A stretch of DNA of 64,000 nucleotides from positions 23,623,285 to 23,687,284 of the forward strand of contig CM055969.1 in assembly GCA_029531755.1 (NCBI GenBank), in the 5' to 3' direction. The notes below the pieces were generated by a model. It was not told the origin of the DNA. It saw only the letters and a list, made by a program, of their open reading frames with translations, and made no database searches. Positions 61,486-64,000 of this stretch are shown piece by piece. The stretch comes from Holothuria leucospilota (Eukaryota). Each line of letters begins with the position of its first letter. The first letter of the stretch is position 1. Both the position numbers and the translations under genes were made by a program.

Positions 61486-62271
61486 GTATCAGGCTTAAAT
61501 TTACATATTAAAATATTGCGGGGTCTGTTTTCCCCTGAAAAGTCAAGGTATTTTGTAAACAAAGACAGAAGTTCTGGAAAGTTGTAAAATTTGTCAACAT
61601 CCTGATCTGCTGTAAATACACATGTCTGATCAATATCTTAAATGTTTATACTGTGAGTTTGTACTAGGTGATCCTGTTATTGAGGCTTGATGAAAAATGA
61701 CCAGTAAAAAATCACTTCTGACAAATCTTGCATTAAGCAGTCTTGGATCAAACGCAGTCCAATCCATGTTTTGGTTCTTGGTCTTATAGATTTGGGAAGA
61801 ACCAGGTGCAATATTTGTATGATCAGGAGCCTTTTTGTATAAAAATCATTAAAAGCGCCAAAAACATGATGACTGTGCCCTGTTAAGATTCCACGAATAC
61901 CTTGGTATGACAAGTTACAACATGTATATGCAAGCATGTGAAATGAGCTCGCAGACATGATCAAGGAAATTTTGTGTGCACAAATCAAGGAAAATGCTCA
62001 TTCACAAATTAAAACACTAACCACAGATTTTGGTTTAATAAGTTTGGGGATATAGCCAGGCACTTTGTATTAAAATTAGAAATTGCTTATTTATATGGTT
62101 TTGAAGCAAATCAGGCTTTGTAGTTTATTGACCATGAGGTAAAACTCACCTGGTGCCTGCTTATTGTGAGGCTTTACTGGTTATGAAAAATCATTTTAAT
62201 ATTTCTTCTTTGTGTTTGCCCTTCTGCACTGGTTTGTTTAATTGTTTTGTAAACTAATACCACTCTTTTAG

Positions 62272-62485
62272 AGTACCTCAACTATGAAGACTCCAAGTTT
62301 TCCAAAAGTCGAGGGATCGGAGTGTTTGGCCACCATGCTGCTGAGACCGGCATCCCTTCAGATATCTGGAGGTTCTACTTACTCTATATTCGTCCAGAGT
62401 CTCAAGATAGTTCCTTCAACTGGTCGGACTTCATGTTGAAAAACAACAGTGAACTTCTCAACAACCTAGGAAACTTTATCAACAG
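62272..62485 (+). CDS. MARS1: MetRS exon 12 with the KMSKS-equivalent motif ([72 protein letters not shown])
   Basis: Contains KFSKS (the class I KMSKS motif) and matches human [72 protein letters not shown]. Acceptor ttttag, donor GTAAGA. The gene continues beyond this exon; later exons are not resolved or lie past the window end. Confidence 0.9.
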
Positions 62486-62945
62486 GTAAGATGACAAAGC
62501 TTGACTCCACATCTAATTCCCCCATGGATCTTGTGCTACTTGGGATGAGTTAAATAAAGATGGGCTTAGTACCAGCCTACCAGAGCCAACGACTCATTTT
62601 TCCCACAGGGAGTTTCAAATTCAGGCAGTTGAAGAGTCAGTCAAACTCTCTGAGAGCTGCTTCCCCAAAAAAGAAGCATATCTGCCCAAATAATTATTGT
62701 AAACAATTTATTGTTGAAGATGTGAGCAAGATTTTCTTTGGAGGTCAGAGAATCTCTCTCGCAAAAGCACAAAAGATTAACGTTAAGAATAACTGAAGTG
62801 GAGAATAATATCCAAAGTTTGCCCATTTGTCCCTTTGAGAGATTAGCTGGCAGACAGGACTTAATGGTACTGTAACCTGTGTGGAATGCATTGTTTGTGT
62901 TTGCCTAGTTTTGAACAACTTTCATTTATTTCTTAGAAAGATCTG

Positions 62946-63395
62946 GGACCGGATTCACAAAGACTACTTACGCACAAAAATTTGTGTAAGTCAGACTTAC
63001 GAAGCGTATCTTGCTTAGTCGGTATTCATGGAGAGAAAAGTTCGTAAATATTTTACATAACTTAACGCAAGCTTCAGAGTTGTTGTAATTACAAAATAGC
63101 CATAGTATCACATACAGAAGTGTTGTGCATAGTTGTGTAGAGCATGAAGCCATGGAAGACTTGTGTGCATCGTTTTAACAATAACAGTCAATGTGATTGG
63201 CTGAAAATGTAACAAAGTAAGATTCAACAGAACAACACGATTGGCTCTTGTGCATTAATTGTAGTTACGCGGCATATCTTTACAAACTGCGTAAGTTGCT
63301 TTCGTGAATACCACTTAAGAAAGTTTTTATGCAGTTCGTAAGTATTTTGACTTATGGAAGAACTTATGCAAATGTTAGTGAATCCCGCCCCTGAA
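62946..63395. mobile_element. MITE-like element with imperfect 14-bp TIRs (GGGACCGGATTCAC / GTGAATCCCGCCCC)
   Basis: Inverted termini, internal CGTAAG..CTTACG palindromes and two GATTGGCT (CCAAT-complement) motifs. It lies in the MARS1 intron after exon 12. Confidence 0.4.
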
Positions 63396-64000
63396 CATGC
63401 CCTGATTTGTATAATCAGTTCCTATTAAACAGAAACCAAATTGATGAAGAGGAATGCTTCACTAATCCAAATATCATTACTCTAATGTTAGCCAGTCACT
63501 CAGTCAGTCATTCTTCATTAAGCTATAAAGACATAAAAAATTTTTAGAGATTGAGCAAGCAAATATAACGTAAAACTCATTACAAAATTTAAAAACTACA
63601 AAAAGATCCAAAAGGCTGCTTTATACATGAAGGGCTGCTCTGTAAATGAAAAGAGTTCCTGTAGACATTCGAAGACATGGAATGATATTTGGATTACTTA
63701 AATTACAATTTATTTGATTGCACTGGTATGATCTTGTTGAACAGATTCAATCCTTTCAAGTCTTTCTTAGTCAGTTAATTGCATTTTAATGAAATAGTTT
63801 TGCATATGTCATACAGGTTTGTTGAACTTGTGAAAACAGAACATGACATATGTGTGCAGTGTGTGCACTACTGTGGTATTCTTCCAACATCAACCAAAAT
63901 TTTTTGGGAAGTTTCTCACTTGAACACATACTGTGTGATTGAGATAATTATCACAAGGGAAAATAAGGTACACTACATGTAATACAATTTCAAAAATCAT

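Noticed and set aside
63817-63962. Candidate MARS1 exon 13 (open frame RFVELVKTEHDICVQCVHYCGILPTSTKIFWEVSHLNTYCVIEIIITRENK with AG/GT boundaries, same frame as ORF track 63779..63982)
   Set aside because: Splice phase is compatible with exon 12, but the peptide does not resemble the expected MetRS continuation (human ...[26 protein letters not shown]...). Left unannotated pending transcript evidence.

Overview
This window is eukaryotic nuclear DNA, probably from a marine invertebrate, not a prokaryotic locus. Introns have GT-AG boundaries, there are poly(A) signals, tRNA-derived SINEs, LINE and Penelope-like retroelements, and many (TA)n microsatellites and satellites. I see no prokaryotic operon, CRISPR array or defence system, so the 'undescribed system' framing does not apply here in a prokaryotic sense. 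Two host genes are recognisable by hand translation and by comparison with human proteins I remember. (1) A mitochondrial carrier of the SLC25A39/SLC25A40 family on the minus strand: the first coding exon is at 24463-24589 and the terminal exon with stop codon at 7177-7280. I resolved seven exons; the exons between 15218 and 24463 are not resolved. (2) Cytoplasmic methionyl-tRNA synthetase (MARS1-like) on the plus strand, from the ATG at 42455 to at least 62485 and continuing past the window end. I resolved twelve exons, including the GST-like N-terminus, the C-x2-C...C-x2-C zinc knuckle and the anticodon-binding region. The two genes are divergent (head-to-head) and separated by about 18 kb of intergenic DNA that is almost entirely repeats. 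The most interesting part is 27.6-33.3 kb. It holds two 5'-truncated Penelope-like elements (GIY-YIG endonuclease) in head-to-head orientation. They share a solo 3'-terminal pseudo-LTR and each ends in a (TA)n tail. One GIY-YIG reading frame is split by a 2.3 kb non-autonomous hAT-type element with a perfect 8-bp target-site duplication, and removing the element restores an uninterrupted GIY-YIG reading frame. Other mobile elements and repeats: a 5'-truncated CR1/L2-like LINE (a 758-aa ORF with endonuclease tail, reverse transcriptase and C-terminal domain) in MARS1 intron 1; a second LINE 3' fragment with an (AAG)n tail; at least five copies of one tRNA-derived SINE plus a second SINE family; several MITEs and foldback elements with 8-bp duplications or long terminal inverted repeats; two separate ~155-bp satellites; a 490-bp near-perfect palindrome; and a nested long/short composite repeat family. 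Coordinates were derived by hand; those cross-checked against the ORF track should be exact, others may be off by 1-2 nt.
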